64,000 bases of DNA. Origin: Blastocladiella emersonii ATCC 22665. Taxonomy: Eukaryota > Fungi > Blastocladiomycota. The stretch is taken from the NCBI GenBank assembly GCA_025594325.1, contig JANHCV010000012.1:1302001-1366000 (forward strand). The letters are read 5' to 3'. A program made the position numbers and the translations under genes. Position 1 is the stretch's first letter. Each line of letters begins with the position of its first letter. The notes under the pieces were generated by a model. The model searched no databases and was not told the origin of the DNA. It saw nothing but the letters and a program-made list of their open reading frames with translations. This document shows, one piece after another, positions 32,371-45,860 of the stretch.

Positions 32371-33497
32371 GACTTGAGTCTGCGTGCAACAACCGGACGT
32401 TAGCCGATGCGGGCAGTCGGTGCGGGATACATGGTGCAGTACAGACCTGCTGCAAGAAGTTGTGGAGTCGAGGATGTTGGGGACGAGGGGAAGTCGAATC
32501 CGGAAGAACGGTCGGTCGACGGCGGCGTGCAGAGTTGCGATGGCGCGGGAGACAATCAAATTCGCGATGGTATGCACGGCGTCTCTCAAGTGTTGATACG
32601 TTGCACGGTAGTATGACGAGGGAGAGGGCGGGTCGGGCGCGGGCGGGGCCGGGCTCGCTTTATGTACTCTGGCCGTGGCCAACTCCAACTCCGAAACCAG
32701 TTACGCCGAGGAGCCGGTGCGTGCCGCCCGCCGCGGATTCTGCCCAGCGGCAAAGGAAGGAAGCGGTCAGTCGCTCCTGCTCCTCGCTCGCGACGGTCAA
32801 GTCCCGTCGGGGTCGGGTCAAGCCTGATGGGATGGCAAGAGGATCAAATCGGCGCGGTCGCTATACTTGCCCCCTCCCTCGCGCTGTCCCACGGCAGATA
32901 ATCTCGCGAAACTCATGATCGGGCGCATGGACGCGGGTGTGAGCGCAATCGCTCGTATAAATACGCGCGCGATGCGCGCCGCTGCGGCCGTGGCGGGTCT
33001 TTACGGCGGCTTCTCCCTCGTGGTCACTTGGGAAGCCCCAGCGCCGCTGCACGGCCCGGTCGATCATCGCTGTTGGCGACTGGCGGCCGTGGCCATCGCG
33101 ACGGCGACCGTCGTCGTCGAGGAGGAGCGTGAGAACGCGCGAGGGGAAGGAGGAGGCGGCCGGGACCACGGCCTAACCGCGGCCACGCACCAATAGCCGC
33201 GCCGTGCGATGGCGTGCGACAGCGTGGAATGCGTGCGGGTGATCGGGCCGCGTCGGCGTCGTGCACGGCGGCCGGGGACGCGCGGCGAGAAAAGTGTCTC
33301 GCGGGCGGCCGGAGACACTCGGCGACCGGCACGTGCGAAACGGGTGGGGCCGGCCGCTCGGGCAGGGGTGGCTCGGGAGATCTCGGCGGGTCCTCTGGGG
33401 ACACGTGCCGACGCGCCGGGTGGCGCAGGCCGACCTCGCGTCTCCGTTCTCTTCCCTCCCACTGCCACCAGTACAGCTCGCAGTACCACGAAGCTCG

Positions 33498-35615
33498 ATG
33501 CAATCAACACATAGAAACGGCTATGAACTGGTCCCGCCGGGCGAGGCCCGCACCGCCGCGCCGGCCGCGCGCGTGAGGGAAGCGCCACCGCCCGCGTCGC
33601 GGTGGAACACGTACTCTTGCACCGGCCGCACGCACAACCGCCCATTGGCTCACTCGAAGTACCGGTAGCGCCGAGTACTATGTCTACTACGTCGTCGCCT
33701 TCTCGCTGTGGGGCTACATGTACTGGACCGGCTACACGCTCAGCCAACGTACGCTCTCGCTCGCCCGCCGCGTCGCCCACCCCGCTTGCGGACTGACTGT
33801 GGCCCTCTTAGCGTAGCGTCGCATCCGAATGCCTACCGCATCGACCGCTACCTCTCCGACGCGTGGCTGCCCTTCATCAACCCGCTGGTGCGTCCGCTCT
33901 CGCACCCTACGCGTTCCGCGCTCACACCCGTTCCCCGCAAGTAGATGGACAACTCGGACCACCAGTACGCCGGGTTCCGCAAGAACCTGCCGATTCTGTT
34001 CGCCGCCATGCTCGGCTACCTCGCACTGTCGTGGACCGTCAAGAAGCGCGCGTCCGCCGCCGCTGATGCGTCGCGCTGGCTCGCCTTCTCGATCGCCTTC
34101 TCGACGGTCTTCCTCGTCATCGCGCACGGCCAGCACGTCGTCAAGGTGCTCGCCATTCTGGCCATCAACTACGCGCTCGGGCGCATCGGCGGCGGCACCT
34201 GGTTCAACCCGGCGCTGACGTGGGCGTTCAACATCGCCATCCTGTTCGCCATCGACTGGACCCGCGGGTTCCGCGCCCTCGACGTCAGCGGCGTCTACGC
34301 TGGTATCATGCGATGGGATATCACCTTCAATATCACGGTCCTGCGCCTCATCTCGTTCAACCTCGACTACTACTGGTCGCACCACGAGTTGACGGCCGCG
34401 CTTCTGGTAACGCGTTGCCCTTCCCCGTACCTCGCGCTCGTACTGACCTGTGCGGGTGTAGGAAACGCACAAGCGGTGCGCCTCGCTCCCCGCGCTCGAC
34501 CCGCCGCCCGCGTGCTGCACCAAAATGCGGTCAGCGGTCCCGCGACCCGCGCGCGAGTACTCGTTCACGCACTACCTCGCCTACGCCCTGTACATCCCGC
34601 TCTATTTCGCCGGCCCGATCATGCCCTTCAACGCGTGGATGTCGCAGGTCACCTCCCCGCCGCGTGCCGTGACGCGCGCTGCCGTGACCAAGTACGCCGC
34701 GCGGCTCGCGGGTGCGGTCCTTCTCATGGAGGTCATGATGCACCTGTTCCACGTGGTCGCCCTGGCGCGCGCGCGGGAGTGGGCGGGGATGTCGCCGCTC
34801 GAGATTGGCGCCGTCGGGTTCATCAACCTCAAGTTCATCTGGCTCAAGCTGCTGATCATCTGGCGCTTTTTCCGCACCTGGGCGCTCGCCGACGGCATCG
34901 ACCCGCCCGAGAACATGCGCCGGTGCGTCACCAACCACTACTCGGCGATCCAGTTCTGGCGCGACTGGCACACGTCCTTCAACGCGTGGAATATCCGGTA
35001 CCTGTACGTGCCGCTCGGCGGGGCGAGGACGCGCGCGCTCAATATCTGGGTCGTGTTCACGTTCGTCGCCGTCTGGCACGATATCGAGCTACGGCTCCTC
35101 GCGTGGGGGTGGCTCATCTGCCTGTTCATCCTGCCCGAGGTCGTCGCGCGGCTCGTGTTCGCGAAGGTCCGTCCGTTTCCCTTCCTCCCTGTGTCGATAC
35201 CACCACCGCTCACCCTCCCGCGGCCACGTAGTACACGACGCGCCCATGGTACCGGCACCTCGCCGCGCTCGGCGCGGTCCTCAACATCCTGACCATGATC
35301 ACGGCGAACCTGGTCGGCTTCGCGGTCGGCGTCGACGGCATGCGCACCATGCTCGCCTCGATCCTGCAACCCGAAGGGCTCGGGTTCCTCGCCGGCGCCG
35401 CCGTGTGCCTGTACGCGAGCGCACACATCTTCTTCGAGGTGCGCGACCAGGAGGCCCGCGACCGCGCCGCGCTCGTCGAACGCTACGCGGCGGTCATTCC
35501 GCACCACGACGCAGTCGAGGAGGGAACGACGAGCGGCGTCGAGCGCGCGGCAGCGGTCCGTGGCCGCATCGGCGTGCCTGAAGCCCGCGTCTCGGTCGAC
35601 CACGTTGCGTTGTGA
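33498..35615 (+). CDS. GUP1: MBOAT family O-acyltransferase GUP1/HHATL-like, multi-exon
   Basis: RWNT/AEYYVYY, DNSDHQYAGFRKNL, RWDITFNITVLRLISFNLDY, YIPLYFAGPIMPFN, NMRRCVTNHYS, FWRDWHTSFN and FTFVAVWHDI. Canonical introns join the pieces. Confidence 0.93.
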
Positions 35616-36930
35616 TGATGAAGGTGGGGCAATGGACGCAGCTGGGGCGGCGACAATGAAACAAGTGGGCGCTGTTGCACGCTGATGAAGCGCAGAGTCA
35701 CGACGATGGGATCATCGATGGTGGCGGTCCCTGAGACTTGAGACGTGCAAATGGGTATACTCGCGGCCGCGGCCGTGGCCATGGCGACAACAACAACAAG
35801 GTTCGAGGCGAGCAGCGCCTATGGGAGAGCTCAGGGACCACGACGAGACGTGAGAGCGAGCGTTGCCCGCACCCGCACGCATCAGTCCATCCATCTCGGA
35901 CGAGGCTCGCGAGCACGACACCCTGCACGCACGCCAGCGCCCACGCCGTGCCGCAGCCAGGAGGCTCAGCAGCCGTAGCAGGCGCCAGCGCCAGCGCCGT
36001 GGCGTAGCGGCGGTGGCTGATGGCGCGATACCCTGCCGGCGATGGCGATGGCGATGGTCGAGCACGGCAAGGCCATGGCCGCGGTGACCCACGCGCGCAC
36101 GCGACCGAGCCGAGTCGATGAGGCGCAGCAGCTGCACAGTCACCGCGGGCGCTCGCGCGCGCTGCGCCTCAGTGGCCAAAGATACTGCAAGATAATCGCG
36201 AGGATGGCGTCGGGTGAACCGAATTCGACGGGCAAACGCATCGGGCTCACCGAGGACAAGGAGGGCGGTGACGGTGACGTGATGGGAGGGTGCGGAGAGG
36301 AACGGAGCGGCGGAGCGGCCAGCGGTTAGAGGTTGGCCGCGGCCACGTTTGTTGGCAACGGGGCCAGCCGGCTGTCGCCATCGCCACGGACTGCGGCGGG
36401 CTTGACCTTGTTCCCCTTGGCCGCCGGCCCTGCCAGCCCTGCACGCAAGCTTTCGCGGCCGCCCGCTGGCCCCGGCCCGCCCTACTTCTACCCCGCACCG
36501 CCCGCCTCTCCCTCCCGCTGTTGATCCTCACAGCCTTCTCATCCCTCTCAAACACGCTCAAGCTTAACCGGACGCTGACCCCTCCCCGCGGATCATCGTC
36601 CGCTCGCACCAGCCTCCACCGACATCCGCTGCCAAGGGTGAGTATCCTCTCCTCGCTCGTCGTCCCGATCCGCACCTCGTCGCCGCGATGCCCCACGCCT
36701 CGATCTTGGCCACGACCATGTGGTGAAGAGAAAGGGTCAAGTGGACGGTTGTTCGCACGCCGACCTGCATGACCTGCATGGCCGGCGCGAGCACTAGCGG
36801 CGGGGCCAGGGCCCCATGACGACGGCGGCGCAGCCAAACACACCAGGCAGTCGCTAATCCGATCCGCGCTCTTTGCTCTGCTAGATCACCGCCTCCATCA
36901 CTCCACACTAAACAACAACAACAACCAGCA

Positions 36931-37866
36931 ATGGCCGGGGAACTCGTCGTCGAGCTCGTCAAGTTCGGCGGCATCGCCATGTGCCTGTGCATGACGGGCC
37001 TGCTCATCTACATGTTCCGCCCTCGTCGCGTGACGATCGAGGACCCGGAGACGGGCGAGGACCGGACCATCGTGACGACGGGCCCGATGCTCAGCCTCAT
37101 GGACGTGTACGCGCGGCAGGACCAGGAGCAGGCCGCGGCCAACGCGCGCGCCGAGGCCATGCTGCGCGAGGCCATGGCGCAGCGCGGGTGCCGGTTCGAG
37201 GAGGACGCCATCGACCCGCTCCCGCCCTACACGCTGTACGGCGGCGACGCCGACGTCCACCTCGACCTCGAGTCGCGCATCGCCGTCATCATCGACCAGC
37301 TCGAGTCCGGCGGCATCGTCATCTCCTCGACCCGCCCCGTCCTCGCCTCCGCCGGAAACCCGATCCTGCCCTCGGCGGCCGGCACCCCCGCCAACTCGGT
37401 CCCGTCCTCGCCCACGCTCCCCGCCCACAACCACAGCCTGCTCGGCCGCGCGCGCAACCACGCGCCGCACCACCACCGTGGCCACAGCCGCCAGCCCAGC
37501 CGCGTCCTGTCGCCGACCACCGAGACCGCCGTCGACCCGGTCCTCCCGAACGTGGTCCCCAACGACCCGCTGCCCGTCGTCCGCCTGACGCTGTCGCTCC
37601 CGCCGCCGCCGCGCTACGCCAAGGACCTCGTCGGCGTGCAGCTCGAAGCCTCGGCGCTCCTCAACAACGCCGACGGCGCTTCCGCTTCGTCGTCCACCAC
37701 GACCAACACCTCGCCGGCCATGGTCCCGCAGGCCCCGCCGTGCTCGCCCGTGACGTCGCCGCGCCACAGCCTCGAGCTCGAGCTCCCGGCGCCCGCGATG
37801 ACCATCGAGCGGCCCGTGACGCCGTCGCCCGTCGACGAGTCCGTCGTCGCTGTGGCCGCATGTTGA
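36931..37866 (+). CDS. Hypothetical single-TM protein with PY (PPxY) motifs
   Basis: 311-aa ORF with strong GC3 bias, N-terminal TM GGIAMCLCMTGLLIYMF, and motifs PLPPY and PPPPRY. A GTGAGT donor near 36638 suggests a 5'UTR intron. Confidence 0.7.
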   Translation: MAGELVVELVKFGGIAMCLCMTGLLIYMFRPRRVTIEDPETGEDRTIVTTGPMLSLMDVYARQDQEQAAANARAEAMLREAMAQRGCRFEEDAIDPLPPYTLYGGDADVHLDLESRIAVIIDQLESGGIVISSTRPVLASAGNPILPSAAGTPANSVPSSPTLPAHNHSLLGRARNHAPHHHRGHSRQPSRVLSPTTETAVDPVLPNVVPNDPLPVVRLTLSLPPPPRYAKDLVGVQLEASALLNNADGASASSSTTTNTSPAMVPQAPPCSPVTSPRHSLELELPAPAMTIERPVTPSPVDESVVAVAAC

Positions 37867-38185
37867 GCGCCGCGTACGGGTGCCTGCCGAGTGGGCCCCG
37901 TCGCGGGCTCAAGTTGTTTGTTTGCTTTCCTTCCTCTGATCTTTCCTCTCGTTCGCGTGTGTTGTTGTGTGTGTTCCCTGGGTGTTTTGCTTTCCTTTGC
38001 TCGTTTCCAACCATTTACCCTGTTCATCGTACTCCTACTACTACTAGTGTCCATAACCATTCTCCCTCGCTTCCTCTCTTTCTTATAAACTTCCTAGCCT
38101 GCTCTTGTGCGTGATCCTTACACCAAAAATTACTTTTCGTGTGTTCGATTGAGCAAGGTTTCCATCACCAATTCGCGCGCAACCA

Positions 38186-38996
38186 CTACTCCTGCACGGC
38201 AGCGGGCGCCTCGTCCTCCTCGGCGCTCGCGGCCACGTCGCCGTTCGCTGGCGGCCGCGCCGACGGGTCGAAGAAGAACTTCATCGAGTACGCGTCCTCG
38301 CCGTCCGCGTAGTACTTTTTCTCCACTTCCATGATCCTATGGGGCGGGTGAGCGATCGGTCAGTTGGCGGGCGAGGGCGGTGCGGGAGTGCAACTACGTA
38401 CTCGAAGCCCAGCGTGTGCTGGTACAGCCGCAGCGCCGCGTTGTTGGACACGCGGACGTGCAGCGACACGTACTTGGCCTCGTATACGTCCTTCATGGCC
38501 ATCTCTACACACACATGCCCGTGCGGGTTAGAACGTGGACCAGGTCCGCATTCCAGAAGAGAAAAGCGTACGCGACTGCTTCATCAACCGCTCGGCGAGC
38601 CCGAGGCGGCGGTACTTGCGCATGACCGACAGCGACGTGATGTGGCCGTGCGCGGGGGTCTTGGCCTCGGCGTCCGCGTCCTCCATCTTGGCCAGCACGT
38701 ACCCGACGATCTGGCCCTTGGTGTCCTCGGCCACGAAGCTGAGCTCGGGCCACGACATGGCGTGGTACATGTCTAGCGGTCCCGCTCAAGTGAGAACGTG
38801 GTTCGATCCACGCGCGGACGACCAAGCCCTGCACGTACAGTACTTCATCTGGTAGTTCTCCGGCAGATTGGTCAGGTTGCAGTTCTGCACCGCCAGGAGG
38901 TCGTGGGGCTACGCTCACAAGGGCCACCCGTCAGCGAGTCCGTCTTCATGTTCCCGACGACAGCACGCCCCATACAGTCGCCGTGCGGATATTCAT
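38186..38996 (-). CDS. NAA10: N-alpha-acetyltransferase catalytic subunit (ARD1/NAA10), multi-exon
   Basis: [74 protein letters not shown] and [12 protein letters not shown]. Confidence 0.95.
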
Positions 38997-39222
38997 AGTG
39001 TCTGCGCCGCCGTAGTTTCGTTGCAACAAGTGAAAGGGTGTCGATCCGTAGCGGTAGGCGGTGGTGCAGGGTCGAAAGGGACCGGTCCGGCCTGAGAACT
39101 CGGACGAGCGCGCGGAGATCACCACGCCCAAAACGGCACGTGCGCCTATCCCCCGCCCATTCGCATACGCCCTCGCTCTCCTCCCAAGAAATGCATCGAA
39201 TGAATATATCGCAGAATGAGCG

Positions 39223-40338
39223 TCACGACCCGTACGGCGTCCTTGCGCGCGCCGTCGCCGAGCCGCCCTGCGTCGCCGCGGCCGCCGCTGAGTAGAAGGC
39301 GCTGACCTCCCGCGCCACCTGGCTCGACAGCGACCCGGATCCGGAGGGCCGCCCGAGCGAACTCGTTGAACCCGACACGGACCGGGAGTACATGACGGAG
39401 GACCCGGGCCGGGCTGCTGTGAGGTCGCCCCGCGACGACGTCGGCGTGTGCGCGCGCGAGGATACCGAGTACGCCGAGTCGTAAGCCGTGGAGGCCGCGC
39501 GGGACACGGGCCGCGGTGGGAGCGGTGCGCCCGCACCTGCGCTTGAGTGGTGGTGCGGCGGGATCCCGGGCAGCGGCGCCGTCGCGCTCCCGCCACTGCC
39601 GTTGGACCGCGGCGACGGCGTCTGCCACGCGCCGCGCGGGCCGCCCGGTGGCGGAGTTGCGGCCGCGACGCGCGACTCTTCCCGTCGCACCGCCGAAGGT
39701 TGCTGCGAGCCCACGGCCATGCGCTGGGCCTCCTGCTCCTTCAGCCACGCGGCAAAGTCGCGGTTGAGCTGCAGCTTGGCCTTGTCGAGGAGGTGCTGCA
39801 TATGCTCGATCTCGAGCTTGAGCTGCTTGAGCTCGCCAAACTGCGCCTTGTACTGCGCGGTCCGGTCGGCGATGGCGCCGCGCAGCTTGGCCTCCTCGGC
39901 CTCGATCAGGTCGCGGCAGCTTACCGCCGCCGCCGAGTCGGACGACGGGTCCAGGTTGTTACGCAGGCAGCTCAGTTTGTCCTTGGCGTGCTCTACACAT
40001 CGCCGCAACGTGAGTGATAGTCATGCTGGTCAAGTCGAGCAACGTACTGATCTCCTCGCGCAACCGGTGCGCCGTCTGCCCGAGCGCCTTGGCGCGCGCG
40101 TAGCACTCCTTGAGCTCGGCCTTCTGCGCCTCGATCGACGCCATGGGCGCGTACGTCGCCTTAAACGCCTCGAGGAGCACCTGCTTATCGGCCGGCTGCA
40201 ACGCCGCGACCGCTGGTGGCGCGGCGGCGGCGACGTGCGCCGAGTCGGGACCGACCAGCGACGCCGAGCTCGAGTATACCGAGTCGGTGCCCTGCGGCAG
40301 GCTCGCGAGCGACGACGACGTCGACTGCGTCACGAACG

Positions 40339-40369
<31 letters not shown>

Positions 40370-42324
40370 CCCGTTGCGAAGCGGCGGTGGTGGTGGTTCG
40401 GTCGATTGCACCGACCCGGTACTGCCGCCCTTCTCAAGCGCGCGCAGCCGGGCTTTGTACTGGTTGACCATCGGAATCAGCACGCTGATCTCCGTGTCGC
40501 GCTGCGCGAGGAGCCGCTTGAGCTGCGCGACCTCGGCCGGGTCCGCTCCGCCGCCTCCACCACCACTCGGCTGCGGTACTGGTGGCGGCAACGCAGCCGG
40601 CGGCGGCAGCTCGCCACCTCCCCGCGCCGCTGCCGCTCCGCCGCGTTCGCGGACCATCTTGCGCATCACGTCGAAGCTGGCGAGCACCTTGCGGTAGTCG
40701 GTGAACATGACGGCAGTGTCGTCGCCCGCGAGGTACGCGTGGACGAGCTGGCGGCACCGGTCGATCTCGTACTCGGGGAGGGCGTCGTCAACGCCGTCCG
40801 CGGACTCGCCGCGGGCCAGGGCGAGCTCGGCCTTGAGCTGCAGGATCTGCTGCTTGAGGCGCGCAATGACCATGTACGGGTCGAGCTCCTCGTTGACCGA
40901 GACGCGGTTGTTGATGAGCGCGACGCGCTGCGCGAACCGGCAGGTCGAGATGGATTCCTGTACTGGCGGGGGCGGGAGGTTGGGCGAGGGTCAGGGTGAG
41001 TGAGATTCAGCGGGGCGGGTCGGGTCAGAATCCCGAGGGAGAAAGAAACACGGACCTCGATGAGATGGTCCTCGGTAGCCAGGGTCGCGATCATGCACGT
41101 CTTGCAGTTGCCGCCGAGCGAGTCGCGCAGGATGGACGTCATCATCGAGTTGCGGTACGGGACGTGCGAGCGTTTCCCGAGCGCCTTCTCGTGCAGGGCG
41201 ACAATGACGTGCTCGAGAAAGTGGAGCGAGAGGTTGATGGATTTCGCCTCCTTGAGCAGGGTGCCGTCGATGCCCGTCTTGGCGACGCGCTCGGACCCGG
41301 CGAGATCGACGAGGTGCAGCTTGGCCTTGCGCACCACCTCGCTGCCGGCCTCGCGCGACGTCACGGTCAGGATGAACAGGCAGTGCGAGCGACTCGACGC
41401 CGGGTTGCTCGGCGTCTCGGCGATCATCTTGTTGGTGTCGCCCATGAACAGCCAGTTGAGCGCCTCCTCCTCGGACACGACCGGGTGCGCGTGCAGGTTC
41501 TGCAGGTGGATCTGCTCCTCGCCCGTCTCGCGCAGCGTGACCTTGCTAGTTTTAGGGTGGTGTGAGTACGCGTCGAGTGCAACCGAGGAGAGTGAGCGTA
41601 CGGCAGGTCCTCGAGGCGCTTGGCGTCGCGCGAGTCGTCGAGCAGGTCGTACCCGGCCTCGTTGTAGATTTCGAGGTACGAGACCTGGACCTGGTACTTG
41701 CGGTTCGGCCGCTATGGTACACGCGCGAGTAGCGTCAGATCACCGACTCGGTAGGCGTACAGCTCAAGCTGAGCGCACCTGGGCCATCTCGCGGAACAGG
41801 AACTGGACGGTGCGCGGGATCAGGCCGCGGTCGGCGTACTTTTCGGCGCCGCCCGTGATGGTGAAGGTCTTGCCTGACCCGGTCTGGCCGTAGGCGAAGA
41901 TGGTGGCGTTGAACCCGTCCATGACGCTCAGCACGATATCCTTGGCGACGTGGTCAAACACCTCCTCCTGCGTCGTGGACCCGTCGAACACGCGGTCGAA
42001 GCGGAACCCAAAATGCTCCTTGGTGTTGTTGATGGACCCGAGCGTCTCGTCACGCGGGACGTGGAAGTGCAGCTGCGGCGCGCCGTCGTCGCCCGGCAGC
42101 GGGCCGTCGACTTGCACCTTGGACCCGGCGTTGCCGTCGCTGGTGCTGCGGATCTTGGTGTTGACCTTGCGCGGGCGGATGCGCGCAAAGATGCGGATCG
42201 CCTGGTTGAGCGGCGCTGATGACGACGACGCGCCCGCATCGTCGCCGCTGTCGCTATCCGAGTCCGAGTCGGCACCCGCCGACGGGCGCCGGTCGAGTTC
42301 ATCGTCTTCCATGGTTTCATACAT
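39223..42324 (-). CDS. KIF6: Kinesin-9 family motor (KIF6-like), multi-exon
   Basis: AYGQTGSGKTFTITGGAEKYADRGLIPR, SSRSHC, LHLVDLAGSER and HVPYRNSMMTSILRDSLGGNCKT. The C-terminus LKLEIEHMQHLLDKAKLQLNRDF is KIF6-like. Confidence 0.88.
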
Positions 42325-43783
42325 GCGCCTTGAAGGGAGGGAGAGAGGGAGAGGGAGATCGGCCGGGCGGAAACTGAGCGACTCGAGACGCGTCTCGCGC
42401 GTGTCACGTTGCGTCACGCGGGGCGCGAGCGACGCGTCTTGGTCGCGCTCATCGCTTTCGGGTTTGGGCTCGCTTCCCTTCGGCCCCTCCACCGTCAATT
42501 CTGCCTCACTACCAGCAATGTATTCCTAGACGAATCGACTCGCCGCAGTGCACTCGGCGTCCTCAATCTCGGCGACTGGATCTCGCCCGGCGGCACCTCG
42601 AGCCGTTACCGATCCGACCCGGCCGGGCTCGCGGGCCGCTACCACCACCCGGTCTACGACCCGAACGGTCTCCACGTTCTCGACGCAAGGAAGTGGGCCG
42701 TCGCCAGCGACCGCAGCCGCCACTTCAAGACGTGCGTCGCCCGCGCGAACCGGCTGCGCGCGACGCCGCCATAGCTCGCGCTCGGTCCTCCTCGGCAACG
42801 CCCGCACCTCCTTTGTCTTCCCTGCGGCACCTGCGGCACGCCCTCGACGTTCGATGCGGCTTCGGCTTCGGCTTCGGCTACTCTCTGACCTGGCACTCGG
42901 GTCTTGCCGCCGCAAGGGCTTAGTCCGCACCGACCCGCGACCGTCCCCGGCTTCCGTCTCGATGCGGTCACACGCTCGCCCACGTCCTCCGCGTCTCGCA
43001 CGTGAACCTGCCGCTCGTGGTGCTCGTCGGAAAGCGGACCCACCCTCTCCATCGCCATCAAGTTCTACCAGTTCAACGGGCTGCGCATCCTTGGGCTGAA
43101 GCTGCCCGCCCATATCCTCGGCGCGTGGCTCGACGGCGGCGCGCGGGCGTACCGCGCTCAAGCTCGAGCCGGTCTTGCGCGAGGCCATAGCGCTACACGT
43201 CGCTTCCGCAGCATGGGCTCGGTAGCGTGAGCGACATGGACGTGTTCCCGCAGCGTGTCCGCGCGTACGCGAGCATTACCGCATCACCATGACGGGCACT
43301 GTCCCGCTCGCTTATCACGCATCTCGACGCCGTCAAGTTCCAGGCCATGACCCAGCAGCCGCTACTCCGCGCCTCGGCCCTGCTGCCCGTCGTCGGCCGC
43401 GCTGCACGCGCTCGCCTCGCTCGGAATCCGCACCATGCTCGACCCCGCGCCCGTGCTACCGCCTGCCGAGATCGGGGTCGTGATCGCGATCGCGGTCGGG
43501 TTCCCGCCGCCGCTCGGTCTCGCCGCATGGGCGATGACGCGTATCGCGCGCGTTCCTCGCGCTGCTTCGGCACGAGTGGCCGCTCCCCGTCTCGCTGCTG
43601 ACAGGCAAGTACCTGCACTGCTGGTGCGGTGCACGCGGGACCAGCGCCTGTCGTCGCTCACGCTCAACCGCGACATCTCGAAGCGCGCCGACCACGAGAC
43701 CCTCGACTCGGAATCGCGCGCTACGCCAGTACCGCGTGCACGGGCACATCGGCTCGTGTGCTCCCACAAGGTATCGCTCGAAA

Positions 43784-44427
43784 CTATGCTCGAGACGGCG
43801 GTCGTCGAGTTCGCTCGCCGCACGCGGTGCGTCCACCCTCGGGCCTGAGCACCAGTCGCCGCTCGTCTTCCACCCTGACGGCGCGCTCGCGCTCGTCGGA
43901 GCCCATGCGGACCAGCGCGACCAGGTGATCATCGCCGGAAACAGCGGCGGCCAGGCCGCGAACCGCGCGGTGGTCATCACCCGCGCCATCACGAGCGGTC
44001 TTGCGCGTGAGGCAAAGGGGAGCGAGTATGAGGCCGTTTGCATACAAATATTGATAAATCCAAGGACAGATCGATGATAAAAATACAGGATGAATGCACG
44101 AGCGCGATCGCAGCGAGCCCGCGCGGCAATCACACGCGTTCTTTGTGCCCTTGGTCAGCACGACCCGGTCCGTTGGTCGCGACCTATAATACTGCATTTT
44201 GCCGTTGCCGAGCAGCGCGGCGGTCTCCTGGAGCGACGAGGCGGACGACACGGTGGGCGAGGCTGGCGTCGAGACCCGGTGGATGACGACTGTGAGCTTG
44301 TAGGCGGGCGGAGGCCCGACTTGAACAGCGTCGGTGACGGGCGGTACAGGTACGACCTTGGCGCCGTTGACGTGCGGCTCACCCACAGCTTGGACTTTGG
44401 CGGCCACCTCACGAGTCTCGTCCAGCA
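43784..44427 (-). CDS. Possible short hypothetical protein (PPPAY motif, Cys-containing hydrophobic segment)
   Basis: Open frame 43784-44464 lies just downstream of the promoter-like cassette at 44555-44685. No recognisable homology. Confidence 0.25.
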
Positions 44428-44554
44428 TGGCGAGAACAATAAGTACGAACATCGACTCTGACACTCATCAACCCGCGTTTACTGCCACCACCTTGAGCGA
44501 GTCATTCCATAACACGAAGCCGAACTTGTTTTATGCGTGGAGCGTGGCCGCGCG

Positions 44555-44685
44555 AAAGAGGGAGCAGTTCTTTTGAGAAAAAAAGAGAGGGAGCCCAGAC
44601 AAGCACGTCACGTGGTCCTGATCAGTGGCGCATTCACGGATCCGCGCTTTCGCTTCAGCTAACCCGCGAGTCAGGAAATAACAAC
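44555..44685. repeat. Dispersed promoter-like cassette copy 2
   Basis: gtcacgtggtcctgatcagtggcgcattcac...gtcaggaaataaca aligns with 7500-7575. Confidence 0.8.
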
Positions 44686-44777
44686 GCGTCATGTCATCCG
44701 TCATACCTTATCATATCTCACGCGAGGCGATCAAATGGTCCAGTGTCTTCGATCGGGGCTAACCCTTACCTGAAGAT

Positions 44778-45420
44778 TCATCTATTGCGAAGCAGATAGC
44801 CCGCGCTGGGATATAGCACCACCACGTACAAGCCAAAGATACCAAGGAATAGGGAAAAAGGGTGGACCGACAACAGCATCGCGATTGCCTCCACCTTGTT
44901 AAGCAAGGTAAACATGCTTGCACCAAGCACAAGTAAAATAAACGCATGAAGCGGGGTCATGCGGTCAGCTTCGCATGCGTCCAAAACTTTTGTTAGTCAC
45001 GAATATTAATGGCAGTGTTGAGACATTGTAGCTTTTGCAGCTGAAGCATCTTTGTTGTCACGACCACAGGGATGTGCGAGCGGAGCAGATTCTGCCACTG
45101 GCCGAAGTGTAGGCATGGTACTTGACACGACCAAGGACAGGCCTTGGGATTCCACTTTGGACGACTGCGAGTCCACCTTGGCTTCGGCCGCCGCCTCCAT
45201 CACGACCTTGAGCACGCCCTTTTGCTCAAGCGTGACGAGACACTGCGCGACGTACAGGTTCTCGCCTTCGGAAGCTTCTGCAGCAGCTTGGAGGGAGGGC
45301 ACAGCCCGAATCCCGCGCTCAGCTAGTGCTGCTAACACTTTGTGCGAAGGTGAGAGTTCGGGCAGCTCCAGGCTGCCGGAACCGCGCTCATGCGTCAGGG
45401 CGCACGAAGACTGAACCTCC
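44778..45420 (-). CDS. Unknown family copy C (N-terminal domain plus 2-TM exon), possibly intact
   Basis: SPSHKVLAALAERGIRAVPSLQ...LYVAQCLVTLEQKGVLKVVMEAAAEAK, then a GTGACTAAC branch before the exon TPLHAFILLVLGASMF...FLGIFGLYVVVLYP...LLRN. Confidence 0.55.
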
Positions 45421-45860
45421 TATAGGCGCGGGAAGAAACAGAGTGTTCTTGATTCAGTCAGTACGATTCACTTACAGGTTCAGATGGGGAAGTGACATGC
45501 GCGGTCCAAGTCTTCGCCACGTTTGGGGATTGAGACTGGGAACATCGGGGTTTGCTTTTGTGCTTTGGTATGGAGGTCCGTGATGAAGGCGGAGGCCGAA
45601 TTGGGGAGGATTAGGGAGGGTGAGGTGAGCGACCCGTTTTATGGGAAGTGTAGCCGCTGCTGTTGGCAGCAAGTCTCATTACAAAGGCGCATTTTCTGGA
45701 GTGCGGTCACGTTTCAACGTGGTTGGCCAGCCGAGTCTCGTAACTGTGCAGCAAACTCCAGGCACAAAACTTTCCATCCTGCAAAGTATGACCCAGCATT
45801 GACTCAACCTGCTGTAGTGGGGGGTGCGTGCGAGACATGCGAGATACGCACGCGTCGAGG

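Noticed and set aside
32861-33196. Overlapping small ORFs between PUT1 and GUP1
   Set aside because: Both strands are open, neither has recognisable features, and the region is probably promoter/UTR.
35700-36250. Possible small minus-strand gene downstream of GUP1
   Set aside because: Frames are inconsistent and there is no homology evidence.
42384-42400. GAGACGCG motif / RFX X-box upstream of the ciliary genes
   Set aside because: No convincing X-box was found. GAGACGCG occurs near several starts, but that is not clearly above expectation in GC-rich DNA.
42500-44080. Plus-strand coding-like fragments (e.g. PTLSIAIKFYQFNGLRILGLKLPAHILG; MLDPAPVLPPAEIGVV...)
   Set aside because: They could be a decayed gene, but I could not join the frames or recognise a family. 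A tBLASTx search is needed.
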